Shown here: positions 1 to 9,107 of the stretch, one piece after another | Layout of the letters: every line of letters begins with the position of its first letter | Position numbering within the stretch: the first letter of the stretch is position 1 | Source of the DNA: an uncultured Erysipelotrichaceae bacterium | Lineage (GTDB): Bacteria; Bacillota_I; Bacilli_A; RF39; UBA660 | NCBI GenBank assembly: GCA_902783895.1 | Contig: CACZST010000009.1 | Span: forward strand, 1 to 49,162 | Length of the DNA stretch: 49,162 nucleotides | Reading direction: 5' to 3' | Position numbers and translations under genes: made by a program | The notes under the pieces: model-generated | Told to the model about the DNA's origin: nothing | Databases searched by the model: none | What the model saw: only the letters and a program-made list of their open reading frames with translations

Positions 1-65
1 GTAGGACTCGAACCTACGACCCAGCGGTTAACAGCCGCTTGCTCTACCAACTGAGCTAATCAAGC
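1..65 (-). tRNA. tRNA-Asn(GUU), 3' end cut off by window edge
   Basis: Reverse complement GCTTGATTAGCTCAGTTGGTAGAGCAAGCGGCT-GTT-AACCGCTGGGTCGTAGGTTCGAGTCCTAC: D arm, anticodon GTT, TTCGA T-loop. Confidence 0.95.
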
Positions 66-75
66 ATAAATTAAA

Positions 76-325
76 CAAAAAGCAGTTATAACATCCTTAA
101 GGACGAATAACTGCAATTCGCGGTACCACCTTATTTATCACAAATGTGATCACTCTATAGTTTCCATCTTTGAAACGTATAATATGGTAACGGATTACAG
201 CCGACATAATCTACTATTAATTTCGATTAGTAACTCTGTGGTGTTATTCATATAAGGCTTACTTGCTAGCTTTCACCATCCTAGCTCTCTAATAAGCAGT
301 TTCTTATATTACTTCTCCACTTCTT
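76..325 (-). promoter_or_regulatory. T-box riboswitch, Asn (AAC) specifier, with antiterminator and intrinsic terminator
   Basis: Stem I with AGTA, AGAGAG and GGTGAAAG motifs; specifier loop GAATAACA (AAC at 245-243) closed by GTGG/CCAC; AAGG-TGGTACC-GCGAAT...ATTCGT-CCTT antiterminator (T-box 119-132); terminator GCAGTTAT...ATAACTGC-TTTTT. Confidence 0.93.
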
Positions 326-357
326 CGTATTTATATAAAAATATTTATTAACAAAAT

Positions 358-433
358 TGGTGACCTGTACGGGATTTGAACCCATGAATCCATGCGTGAA
401 AGGCATGTGTGTTAACCGCTTCACCAACAGGCC
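358..433 (-). tRNA. tRNA-Glu(UUC)
   Basis: GGCCTGTTGGTGAAGCGG...CCT-TTC-ACG...GGTTCAAATCCCGTACAGGTCACCA, encoded CCA. Confidence 0.96.
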
Positions 434-442
434 AAAATATAA

Positions 443-519
<77 letters not shown>

Positions 520-540
520 ATTATCTCACTTGACTTAATA

Positions 541-569
541 AGTATAACCTATTTTTTTTAATTTGACAA
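541..569 (-). promoter_or_regulatory. sigmaA-type promoter of the tRNA operon
   Basis: TTGTCA-17 bp-TATACT just upstream of tRNA-Ile. Confidence 0.7.
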
Positions 570-628
570 GATATTTTTCAAATTTTTTTCACATTTTTTA
601 AAACTTATTAATTTCAAGTGAATTTTTT

Positions 629-1345
629 CTATTTTTTAATATATTTTGACATTGACCTTATGTTTCTTAAACTATCAGCATCTTTATAAGCTTTATCAAT
701 GCTATTCCATAATCTAAATATAATTGATTTATTATCTAAATAACTAGTAATACCTGGTATAATACTTTCAAATTCCGAAACAACCTTTTCAATATGATCC
801 CTAGCTGGTGATGCAAAAACTTGACCTCTCGCATAATTTTGTGCCCAATCTTTCTTAAATGCACCTTCCAAATGACGATTTCTTTCTAAAAAATAAACAT
901 CATCACAATCAGCTAAAGTTTGTAAAACTACTTGATCAATTTTATCTTGCATATAACATCCATATTCATAAAATGTCTCTTCACTACCATATTTTTCATC
1001 TTCATATCTTACATACTGATTATATTCATCAGAAATTAATCCGCATTCAACACCACTATCAGATATGGTCAAATCAATTTGTTTCTCCTCTTCAGTAAAA
1101 TTTAAATCAAGAAAACCATTATCACCACTAACAGCTAAATTATAATTTTCCTTAATTAAATTAAAACTACTTATTTTCCCATCTTCTAAAGAAAAAGAAA
1201 ATACTCCATCACCAATACCAAATATAACTCTACCATTTCTAACTACCGAATTATAAAATTTCATATCACTATCAATTAGTATTAACCCTTTTTTATTTCT
1301 AGCCAATTGATAGCCCATCATTTTAAGTATATCTTCTAATTTCAT
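629..1345 (-). CDS. hypothetical protein
   Basis: 238-aa ORF with AGGTG RBS; no recognisable motif. Confidence 0.7.
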   Translation of the reverse strand: MKLEDILKMMGYQLARNKKGLILIDSDMKFYNSVVRNGRVIFGIGDGVFSFSLEDGKISSFNLIKENYNLAVSGDNGFLDLNFTEEEKQIDLTISDSGVECGLISDEYNQYVRYEDEKYGSEETFYEYGCYMQDKIDQVVLQTLADCDDVYFLERNRHLEGAFKKDWAQNYARGQVFASPARDHIEKVVSEFESIIPGITSYLDNKSIIFRLWNSIDKAYKDADSLRNIRSMSKYIKK

Positions 1346-1390
1346 ATAAAATCACCTGTGCAATATATTATAAAGAAAATTTTAGTAAAG

Positions 1391-1963
1391 TCAATCAAAT
1401 TTACTTAATTTTCCATGCTGAACCAAATATGCCTTTTCAGATATTCTAACTAAAGGTAAATCTGCTTTTGAATCAGAATAAAACCTTTCAATCTTATAAT
1501 TAGAAATAACCTTATTAAGCCTTTTAATTTTTTCCTCACCTTTACAATTAATACCTTTAATTTTACCAGTATTTTTATCAGCTAATGTTCCAATTAAAGT
1601 TACGTTATCAAATTTACTAGAAAAAGGTTTAATTATAAATTCAGGAGAAGCTGAAATAATAAAAGTTTGCCTTTTCTCTTTCATATTATCTAGAAAATAC
1701 TTACAAATCTTATGTTCATTTTCCTTCCAAAAGCCATCTAAGTAATCATCTATATTATTTATATATTTAACAAACCCTAAAAATCTTCCTTTAAATTCTG
1801 TTAAATTAATCACATGACCTACCATCAAAATACCATTACCTAAAATATTAAAACAAAACGGAATTATTCTTTTATTCCTTTTTAAACAGTAAAAAAAGAA
1901 ATCTACAGTACTATCTCCATCATATATAGTTCCATCAAAATCATATACATCTATTTTTTTCAT
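1391..1963 (-). CDS. HAD-superfamily subfamily IB hydrolase (phosphoserine-phosphatase-like)
   Basis: DFDGT motif I, ISAS motif II, G-x-x-K, YSDS..D; start moved to the ATG after the GGGGTGG RBS. Confidence 0.85.
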   Translation of the reverse strand: MKKIDVYDFDGTIYDGDSTVDFFFYCLKRNKRIIPFCFNILGNGILMVGHVINLTEFKGRFLGFVKYINNIDDYLDGFWKENEHKICKYFLDNMKEKRQTFIISASPEFIIKPFSSKFDNVTLIGTLADKNTGKIKGINCKGEEKIKRLNKVISNYKIERFYSDSKADLPLVRISEKAYLVQHGKLSKFD

Positions 1964-2079
1964 TACACCACCCCATATTTTACTTAACATACATATTATA
2001 ACAGATATCTTAATTTTTTAATAAATAAACTCTTCCTTTTTTGTAAATTTCGTGTTATAATTTACAAGTAATCACATTT

Positions 2080-2155
2080 GGACTGTTAGCTCAGTTGGTA
2101 GAGCAACTGACTCTTAATCAGTGGGTCTGGGGTTCGAGCCCCCAACAGTCCACCA
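2080..2155 (+). tRNA. tRNA-Lys(CUU)
   Basis: GGACTGTTAGCTCAGTTGG...GACT-CTT-AATC...GGTTCGAGCCCCCAACAGTCCACCA; extended -10 TGtTATAAT upstream. Confidence 0.96.
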
Positions 2156-2182
2156 TCTTAGTAAATTAAAAGATAGTTAAAA

Positions 2183-2542
2183 CTATCTTTTTTCGTATTC
2201 TTTTTTAATATAAGTCATTAAAACATTTACAATATAAGAAACTTGATCATCGGTAAGTTCAGTATTTTTCTTAATACCATGCCATTTTTCTAAACAACCG
2301 CGGCAGCAACATCCAGTCGCATGTTGAGCCACAAACACAGGATGTCCCCTCCAAGGTGTTTGCCTTCCATCATTTAATATAACTGAAGGTTTTAATCTTT
2401 TATTTATAAAATCATATGCATGACTTTCAATCTTATCAAGACCTTTATCACTAATGTACATTCTATCCTTATTAGATAAATGAAATTTACTTCTAAATTT
2501 AGAATAAGAAAGCCTTTTAAATAAATCATCTATTTTATCCAT
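2183..2542 (-). CDS. DUF4186 family protein
   Basis: FRSKFHL, NDGRQTP, GHPVFVAQHATGCCCRGCLEKWH motifs; start likely MDKIDD. Confidence 0.85.
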   Translation of the reverse strand: MDKIDDLFKRLSYSKFRSKFHLSNKDRMYISDKGLDKIESHAYDFINKRLKPSVILNDGRQTPWRGHPVFVAQHATGCCCRGCLEKWHGIKKNTELTDDQVSYIVNVLMTYIKKEYEKR

Positions 2543-2566
2543 AATAAACCATCCTTTAATCACTAA

Positions 2567-2593
2567 AATATACGCCCATAAAGGCGTATATTT
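2567..2593 (-). terminator. intrinsic terminator
   Basis: AAATATACGCC-cataaa-GGCGTATATTT inverted repeat. Confidence 0.7.
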
Positions 2594-3803
2594 AAACTGC
2601 TAATTGAATCTTTTTTTCATTTCCAGATATTTCTTTAATAAAGTTACTATTTTTAATTGAAACTTCGTCATGATCTTTTAATGGATCAACCAAAATATAT
2701 GAACTTTTATCATCAATTTCTTTCATTTCTCTTGGAATTGCCATATAAACCACATCATAATCACAGTTTAAATCAAATTCCTTAGTAACATCATCAACTA
2801 TTTTTTTACTTGAAGTATTCATAGATATTAATGGACAATATCCTAAATTTTTAAATTCTAAATAAGCTTTATTAAACATTTCAATAAACTTAATAATCTT
2901 AGTTTTATCTTCAGCATTATCTTTTAAATAGTCATCATTTATTTGATATATAACAATATCAGTTATATAATTTTTAACCTTTTCTAAAGCTTCATAAATT
3001 TTTTTTATTTCACTACTAAAAAGTTCATCAGTAGTAGCACTGCCATAAATAAATGAAGCTACATTAAAGTTTTCCTTCTTTAAACTAATAATATTTTCTT
3101 CAAAAACTTCTCTATTTTTCCTATGTTTAATATCTAAGCAAGAAGCAAATACTAAATCAACATTATCATCTCTAAACTTACTTAAATCACTTGAAGTAAG
3201 TTTATCACCATCCGCAACCTTACGAATAATTAAATTATTACCTTCATAAGTATCTAACACTTCAGGCTCTAAAGCCTCTTTTGAAACTTCTTGTTTTTCT
3301 TCTTCTAAAACTTCTTTTTCATTACTAATTAAAACACTACTTTTACTAAAATCAACACCATACCCCGTTTTTTTCATTAATTCAAATTTCATACTAGCAT
3401 TTACAATATTACTTAAAGAAGAAACATAACCAACATTAGAATTTCCAAAAAAAGGAATATCAAAAGTGTTTGTTCCAACTTTAAATGAACTTCCAGAAAT
3501 CGGGATTGCGATACCATTATAATAATATTTATTAACTTCATCTTCTAAATATTGAATGGCGCGATTAAAAACTTTAATCCATGCGTTTGCAAAACCTGGG
3601 TCAGTCGATTTTGGCACGTAAATAATATAATCATCAGATCTTCTTAATGATTCACGAAGAGTCTTAACCACAACTTTTCTATCATCAACTTGTGTAATAA
3701 ACTTATTAAACCCATTTGGTCTTTTTAACTCTCCTAAAAGCCATTTAACATGTTCATCTGTTAAGGTATCGATATAATTTTCTTGCATTTTCCCATCAGG
3801 CAT
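2592..3803 (-). CDS. hypothetical protein with a C-terminal degenerate GH25-like barrel
   Basis: 403-aa ORF; C-terminal half follows GH25 muramidase spacing (F..N....., V.S.IY..A, GY.P.I..N) but lacks DxE. Confidence 0.6.
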   Translation of the reverse strand: MPDGKMQENYIDTLTDEHVKWLLGELKRPNGFNKFITQVDDRKVVVKTLRESLRRSDDYIIYVPKSTDPGFANAWIKVFNRAIQYLEDEVNKYYYNGIAIPISGSSFKVGTNTFDIPFFGNSNVGYVSSLSNIVNASMKFELMKKTGYGVDFSKSSVLISNEKEVLEEEKQEVSKEALEPEVLDTYEGNNLIIRKVADGDKLTSSDLSKFRDDNVDLVFASCLDIKHRKNREVFEENIISLKKENFNVASFIYGSATTDELFSSEIKKIYEALEKVKNYITDIVIYQINDDYLKDNAEDKTKIIKFIEMFNKAYLEFKNLGYCPLISMNTSSKKIVDDVTKEFDLNCDYDVVYMAIPREMKEIDDKSSYILVDPLKDHDEVSIKNSNFIKEISGNEKKIQLAV

Positions 3804-3904
3804 ACAATCACCTACTATCTATTAAAACAATTATACATCCTTTATAAACAAAATGTCAACATTTGTAAACAAAAAATAAAGCAAAATAGCCTTATTTTTA
3901 TACA

Positions 3905-6196
3905 TTATTTTATTTTCTTAGAAACCTTCTCAAAAAGATTTGTAAAAATATTAAAGAAAGTAAATGAAACAAATAGTAAAATTCCAAGAATAATTAATAA
4001 AGTAGGCGTCAAGTAAACTATAGAAAATACCTTTCTAAATAGTATTAAAGCAAGTACAAATATTGTAATTAATGATCCAAATAATACTCTTCTAAGTAAA
4101 TTAAAAGGAACACATATTTTATATAAAAGCATAAATCCAGTAAATCCAGTTAAAATAACACATAATGTCGATACCTCATCAGAAGTTATCTTAATAAATG
4201 AAGGTAAAAATGTCACTATAAGTATATTAAGAACAATCGTTAATGCAGTTGGAATAGATCTCCTAAGTACATTAATAATTATTCGTCCATTTATCCGTTC
4301 ATTATTCGGTTCAAGTGACAATATAAATCCAGGAATACCTATTGTAACCGCACTAGTTAATGTAAGCTGAATTGGTATAAAAGGATAAGTTTTACCAATA
4401 AATACAAATATTATTGCTAAAAGTGTTGCATAAGCTGTTTTACATAAGAATAAAGATGAAGACCTTTGGATATTATTAATACTTCTTCTACCTTCAGAAA
4501 CCACTTTAGGTAAAGATGCAAAATCAGAATCAAGTAAAACAAGCTGAGATACATTTCTAGCTGCATCTGTTCCACTATTCATCGCAATACTACAGTCAGC
4601 TTCTTTTAAAGCTAAAACATCATTAACTCCATCACCAGTCATCGCAACTATATGACCTTCTGCTTGAAGTCCCATCACAAGTTCTTTTTTTTGATCAGGT
4701 TTTACTCTACCAAAAACATTATATTCACTTGCAACCTCGCTAGGAAGTTTATCGGTATGACTCATATCAATATACTTAATATTATCAAGACCAACTTTTG
4801 CAGCTATTCCAGCCACTGTCCTAGGATTATCACCAGATATTATTTTAATATCAACACCTTGAGATTTAAAATACTCAAGAGTTGCCTTCGCATCTGGTCT
4901 AATTTCATCATTAATAACAATTAAAGCCATTGGTGTAAGTTCATTTGGAATTCTTTCATTTAATTTTTCTTTAGATTTAGCAAGTATTACTACCCTACAT
5001 TCCTTAGAATATAAATTTAAAATATCATCAATACTAGAAGTATCCTTTAAAACAATCTCAGGTGCCCCAATTATATAACTTACATCATTAAAAGAAAGAC
5101 CAGACCACTTATTAATTGATGAAAATGGTACCATTTCTATAACTTTATTTGAATCTTTTACTGAAAATTTATCAGCAATCGCAATCATCGTCTCATTGTC
5201 TTTATCCATATGATAGCTAACAGTTCCAAGTGCTTTCATTATTTCATCTTTAGTAGATTTTAAAGGAACAACCTTTGAAACACTCATTTTACCTGTAGTT
5301 AAAGTTCCAGTTTTATCCAAACAAATAGTATCGACCCTAGCCAAAGTTTCAATACAATATAACTCCTGAACTAAAACCTTGTATTTAGCAAGTCTAATAA
5401 CACTAATTGCTAAAACCGTACTTGTAAGTAAAACAAGTCCCTCTGGAATCATACCAACTAATCCCGCAACCGCCTTTAAAGCTGCTTGACCAATCGAACT
5501 AGCATCTTTAAGCTGACTTAAAAATAATAAAATACCTATTGGAACAATTATGATTGAAATAAATTTTAAAACCTTATTTATAAAATTCATTATTTCAGAA
5601 TTAACTTTTTTCAAATATTTAGCCTCAGATGATATTTTAGCTGTATAATTATCCTCTCCAACATGAATAACCTTACAAATAGCCCTACCACTTACAATAA
5701 AACTACCAGATAAAAGCATATCACCCTTCTTTTTTAAAATCGGTTCAGACTCACCAGTAATTAATGATTCATTTACTAAAACATCACCAGATATTACTTT
5801 ACTATCAACAACTATTTGATTACCTGGTTTAAACTTAATCACATCACCTAAAACAATATCGTGAATCCCAATTTCTTTATCTTTACCATCTCTTAAAACA
5901 ACAGCCTTTGTTTCATTTAATAAAGAAAGTTTATCAACAATTCTCTTACTTCTTATTTCTTGAATTGTACTAATCAAAGTATTACAAAAAGCAACCCCTA
6001 AAAAAAGCAAATTTTTATATGAATGAACAAATATAACAACAAGTCCTAAACCTAAATTCAAAAAATTAAATATAGTAAAAAGATTAGTCATTATAATTTG
6101 ACCAACTGTTTTTGTTTTTACTTCTGCCTTATAATTAACAAACCCCTTTTCTCTAAGTTCCTTTACTTCTTTACTTGATAAACCTTGTATATTCAT
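3905..6196 (-). CDS. cation-translocating P-type ATPase (CtpE-like)
   Basis: TGES, PEGL, DKTGTLT, TGDGVND motifs; multiple TM segments. Confidence 0.93.
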   Translation of the reverse strand: MNIQGLSSKEVKELREKGFVNYKAEVKTKTVGQIIMTNLFTIFNFLNLGLGLVVIFVHSYKNLLFLGVAFCNTLISTIQEIRSKRIVDKLSLLNETKAVVLRDGKDKEIGIHDIVLGDVIKFKPGNQIVVDSKVISGDVLVNESLITGESEPILKKKGDMLLSGSFIVSGRAICKVIHVGEDNYTAKISSEAKYLKKVNSEIMNFINKVLKFISIIIVPIGILLFLSQLKDASSIGQAALKAVAGLVGMIPEGLVLLTSTVLAISVIRLAKYKVLVQELYCIETLARVDTICLDKTGTLTTGKMSVSKVVPLKSTKDEIMKALGTVSYHMDKDNETMIAIADKFSVKDSNKVIEMVPFSSINKWSGLSFNDVSYIIGAPEIVLKDTSSIDDILNLYSKECRVVILAKSKEKLNERIPNELTPMALIVINDEIRPDAKATLEYFKSQGVDIKIISGDNPRTVAGIAAKVGLDNIKYIDMSHTDKLPSEVASEYNVFGRVKPDQKKELVMGLQAEGHIVAMTGDGVNDVLALKEADCSIAMNSGTDAARNVSQLVLLDSDFASLPKVVSEGRRSINNIQRSSSLFLCKTAYATLLAIIFVFIGKTYPFIPIQLTLTSAVTIGIPGFILSLEPNNERINGRIIINVLRRSIPTALTIVLNILIVTFLPSFIKITSDEVSTLCVILTGFTGFMLLYKICVPFNLLRRVLFGSLITIFVLALILFRKVFSIVYLTPTLLIILGILLFVSFTFFNIFTNLFEKVSKKIK

Positions 6197-6339
6197 TATT
6201 CATTACCTCAAAATAATTTTACCACAAATAAAACATAAATAAAATAACATTATTGTAAGGTTTCATCAAACAAACACATTTATTAAAAAAATTAATAAAA
6301 TCAAGTAAATATATGATAAAATAAATAAAAGGTGATAAC

Positions 6340-6924
6340 ATGAAATTTTATTTAGAAACCCCTACTTTAAAAAGAAAAGAAGATGCCTTAAACTATTTAA
6401 AAGAACATCAAGAATATGATTCTGACATTAATGGAACCGGTGGGATGGACGAATGTTTAGATGAACTTACCTATGAAAACTGGCTTGAAATTCAAGATAA
6501 AATGACAAATGAAAAATATGCTGAAAGTATAAATAGATGTCCTGGTAAAACATATTTTTTAATAAGAAAAGAAGATAATAAAATAATCGGTATGATTAAT
6601 ATTAGATATAATTTAACTGAAGCAATGTTACATTTTGGAGGTCATATCGGTTATGGTATAAGACCTGCTGAAAGAAGAAAAGGATATAATAAAATTAATT
6701 TATACTTAGGATTAATAAAAGCCAAAGAAGAATTTAATTTAGATAAAGTAATGTTAGACTGCAGTGTAGATAACATAGGAAGTAATAAAACAATTAAAGC
6801 ATTAGGCGGAATATTAGAAAGATGCGAAATAGATCCAGATGATAATACATTAACTAATGTATATTGGATAAATACAGAAAGTTCAATTAAAAAGTATAAT
6901 CACATATACTCAAAACACATATAA
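6340..6924 (+). CDS. GNAT family N-acetyltransferase
   Basis: GGHIGYGIRP.ERRKGY and N.GS...I..LGG motifs. Confidence 0.9.
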   Translation: MKFYLETPTLKRKEDALNYLKEHQEYDSDINGTGGMDECLDELTYENWLEIQDKMTNEKYAESINRCPGKTYFLIRKEDNKIIGMINIRYNLTEAMLHFGGHIGYGIRPAERRKGYNKINLYLGLIKAKEEFNLDKVMLDCSVDNIGSNKTIKALGGILERCEIDPDDNTLTNVYWINTESSIKKYNHIYSKHI

Positions 6925-6943
6925 AAAAACAAATACATCATCA

Positions 6944-7528
6944 TCAAATATTTGTTTTTTTGTTTATATAACCACTTTTTATAATATCGTATTTACTATT
7001 TTCTAAATACTTCCTATCTTTATTTTTAAATTCTAATGTCTTTTCCATTTCAGCGCAGCTCATACAAAAATTATCTTCATAAATACTTTCATGTTTATTA
7101 TAAAACTCCTTTTCATACATCTCTTCATTATTCAAATAATCTAATATTTTAGGAAATTTTTCAATATTCAAATAACTCCTTGGAGCCGAAAACATATAAT
7201 CTATTTCCTTTAATTTTTTAATCGAAATTGGCTTTTTATAGAGCTGTAAACTTTCTATCGGAATCACATAAAGTTCACCATTTTCAATATTTTCATTAAT
7301 TCTCTTATAAATATCTGTATCCTTTTCATATTTTAAAATTTCTTCTAAAACAAAAAGCGGTTTTCCAAGTTCCATTACCCCTACCACTTCCTGAACCGGA
7401 TAACTTAAGTATAAATATGCAGTTACTGGTTCCTTACAAAAACGTTTTTGATATTCATATTTTTTTATATCATATAAAATTGGTCTAAAAAATTCTGGCC
7501 TAAAACTTAAAAATATTTTTCTTTTCAT
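6944..7528 (-). CDS. ASCH/PUA-like domain protein
   Basis: IFLSFRPEF...I...KKYEY.KRF...YLYLSYPV..VVG, and PISIKKL...F.APRSY. Confidence 0.7.
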   Translation of the reverse strand: MKRKIFLSFRPEFFRPILYDIKKYEYQKRFCKEPVTAYLYLSYPVQEVVGVMELGKPLFVLEEILKYEKDTDIYKRINENIENGELYVIPIESLQLYKKPISIKKLKEIDYMFSAPRSYLNIEKFPKILDYLNNEEMYEKEFYNKHESIYEDNFCMSCAEMEKTLEFKNKDRKYLENSKYDIIKSGYINKKTNI

Positions 7529-7681
7529 AGCAACTCCTTTATAATAATTAATTTAAATCCTATCATACATTTGTTTAATTTACAAGACAACAACTAAATA
7601 TTAACAAATAATTTATTTTAATTTTACCAAATAAAATTTAATATATGCTATAATAAATATATAATAAACGGAGTTGATACT

Positions 7682-8712
7682 ATGAAAAAGATTTATATTT
7701 TATTACCATTAATGTTATTGACTATTATGCCTATAAATGTCAGCGCAAGTAGTGGAATGCTTAAAAAAGGTTCTATTAAAACTTGTCCTGATGGCATAAC
7801 CTACGGTATGCATAGTAACCATTGGCATAAAGCTGTTACTAATGGGGACAATTATTACTCAAGTGGGGATGCTATTGCTTATGACCCATGCCCTTCCTCA
7901 AATGAAAATAAAGGTACTGCAGGACAAACGTCTGGAAATACAAATAATTCAAGTTCTAACGCAAATAACAACTATAATTCTAATACACCTAGTTATTCAA
8001 ATAATAATTCAAAAAACAATTCAAGTAATAATTCGAACAATAATCATCAAACTGAAAAAAGCATTTTAGCTAAAACAATAAACAATAATAAAAGTAATGA
8101 TAACTCATTAAAAAAAGTAACTATAGATGGAATTAATATAAAAATGTCTGAAAATATGTCTTATGAAACAACTAAAAAAAATATAGACATTAATATAACA
8201 CCAAACTCAGAAAAAGCAACAGTTTCATTTAATCCTATAGAATTAAAAACAGGAGAAAATATAATAGACATCAATGTAACTGCAGAAAATGGTGATACTA
8301 AAAAATATACATTAACAAAATAAAAGGAAAAGGAAATGCAAAAATTACCGAATTTATATTAGATAATAATAAAGTTGACTTTGAAGACAATAAAGCAACA
8401 ATCCAAAAAGATCCAGATAAAACAGTATTAAATTTTTACTATAAACTAAATAATCCAAAAGCAAAATTGGTTATCTATCACAACAACAAAGAAACTAACA
8501 TCTTAGAAAATGTAAAAGAAAATGATATAATTAAACTATTAGTAATTGATGAAAATGATAACGAAAATACCTATGAAATAAAAATAGAAAATGAATCATT
8601 CCTTGCCACATTAATTGCATATTATATATTAATTGTTCCAATAACCAGTGCAATAATATTATTTATAATTTATCATAAAAAAAGAAAAATAGACAAAGTA
8701 AAAACATCATAA
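7682..8712 (+). pseudogene. frameshifted membrane-anchored surface protein (signal peptide, Cys/His N-domain, Asn/Ser linker, cadherin-like beta-sandwich x2, C-terminal TM)
   Basis: ORF 7682-8323 stops at ACAAAATAA; the -1 frame is open from ~8320 (IKGKGNAKITEFILD...) into ORF 8467-8712, which ends in TM+KKRK; VTAENGDTKKYTL is cadherin-like. Confidence 0.75.
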
Positions 8713-8733
8713 ATTTTTTTTAATAAATAAAGC

Positions 8734-8780
8734 AAAAAAAGATAGTATTATTTACAGCCTAAATCAACACTATCTTTTTT
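8734..8780. terminator. long bidirectional terminator hairpin
   Basis: AAAAAAAGATAGT...ACTATCTTTTTTT. Confidence 0.7.
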
Positions 8781-8892
8781 ATTATATACAAATCCATCTT
8801 AACGATAATAATGTCTATTACTATTCTATTACTATAAAATTTAAAACAGTTTAAAATTATAAAAATTTTATTCTTTATCTTTTAATATATTA

Positions 8893-8916
8893 AAAAAACG
8901 TTGAAATTCAACGTTT
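8893..8916 (-). terminator. terminator after tRNA-Gly
   Basis: AAACGTTGAA-a-TTCAACGTTT with T-run on the minus strand. Confidence 0.7.
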
Positions 8917-8926
8917 GATTACATAA

Positions 8927-9001
8927 TGGAGCAAATGACCGGAATCGAACCGGCATCTTAGCCTTGGCAAGGCCATATACTAACCGTTGTACTACATCTG
9001 C
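8927..9001 (-). tRNA. tRNA-Gly(GCC)
   Basis: GCAGATGTAGTACAACGG...CCTT-GCC-AAGG...GGTTCGATTCCGGTCATTTGCTCCA. Confidence 0.96.
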
Positions 9002-9107
9002 ACGACTACTTAATTATATAATATTTTACTCAAAATGTAAATAATTATACTAAAATAATTGAAAAAAAATCAATTTACGCTATAATACATAACCAGGAGA
9101 TGAAAAC

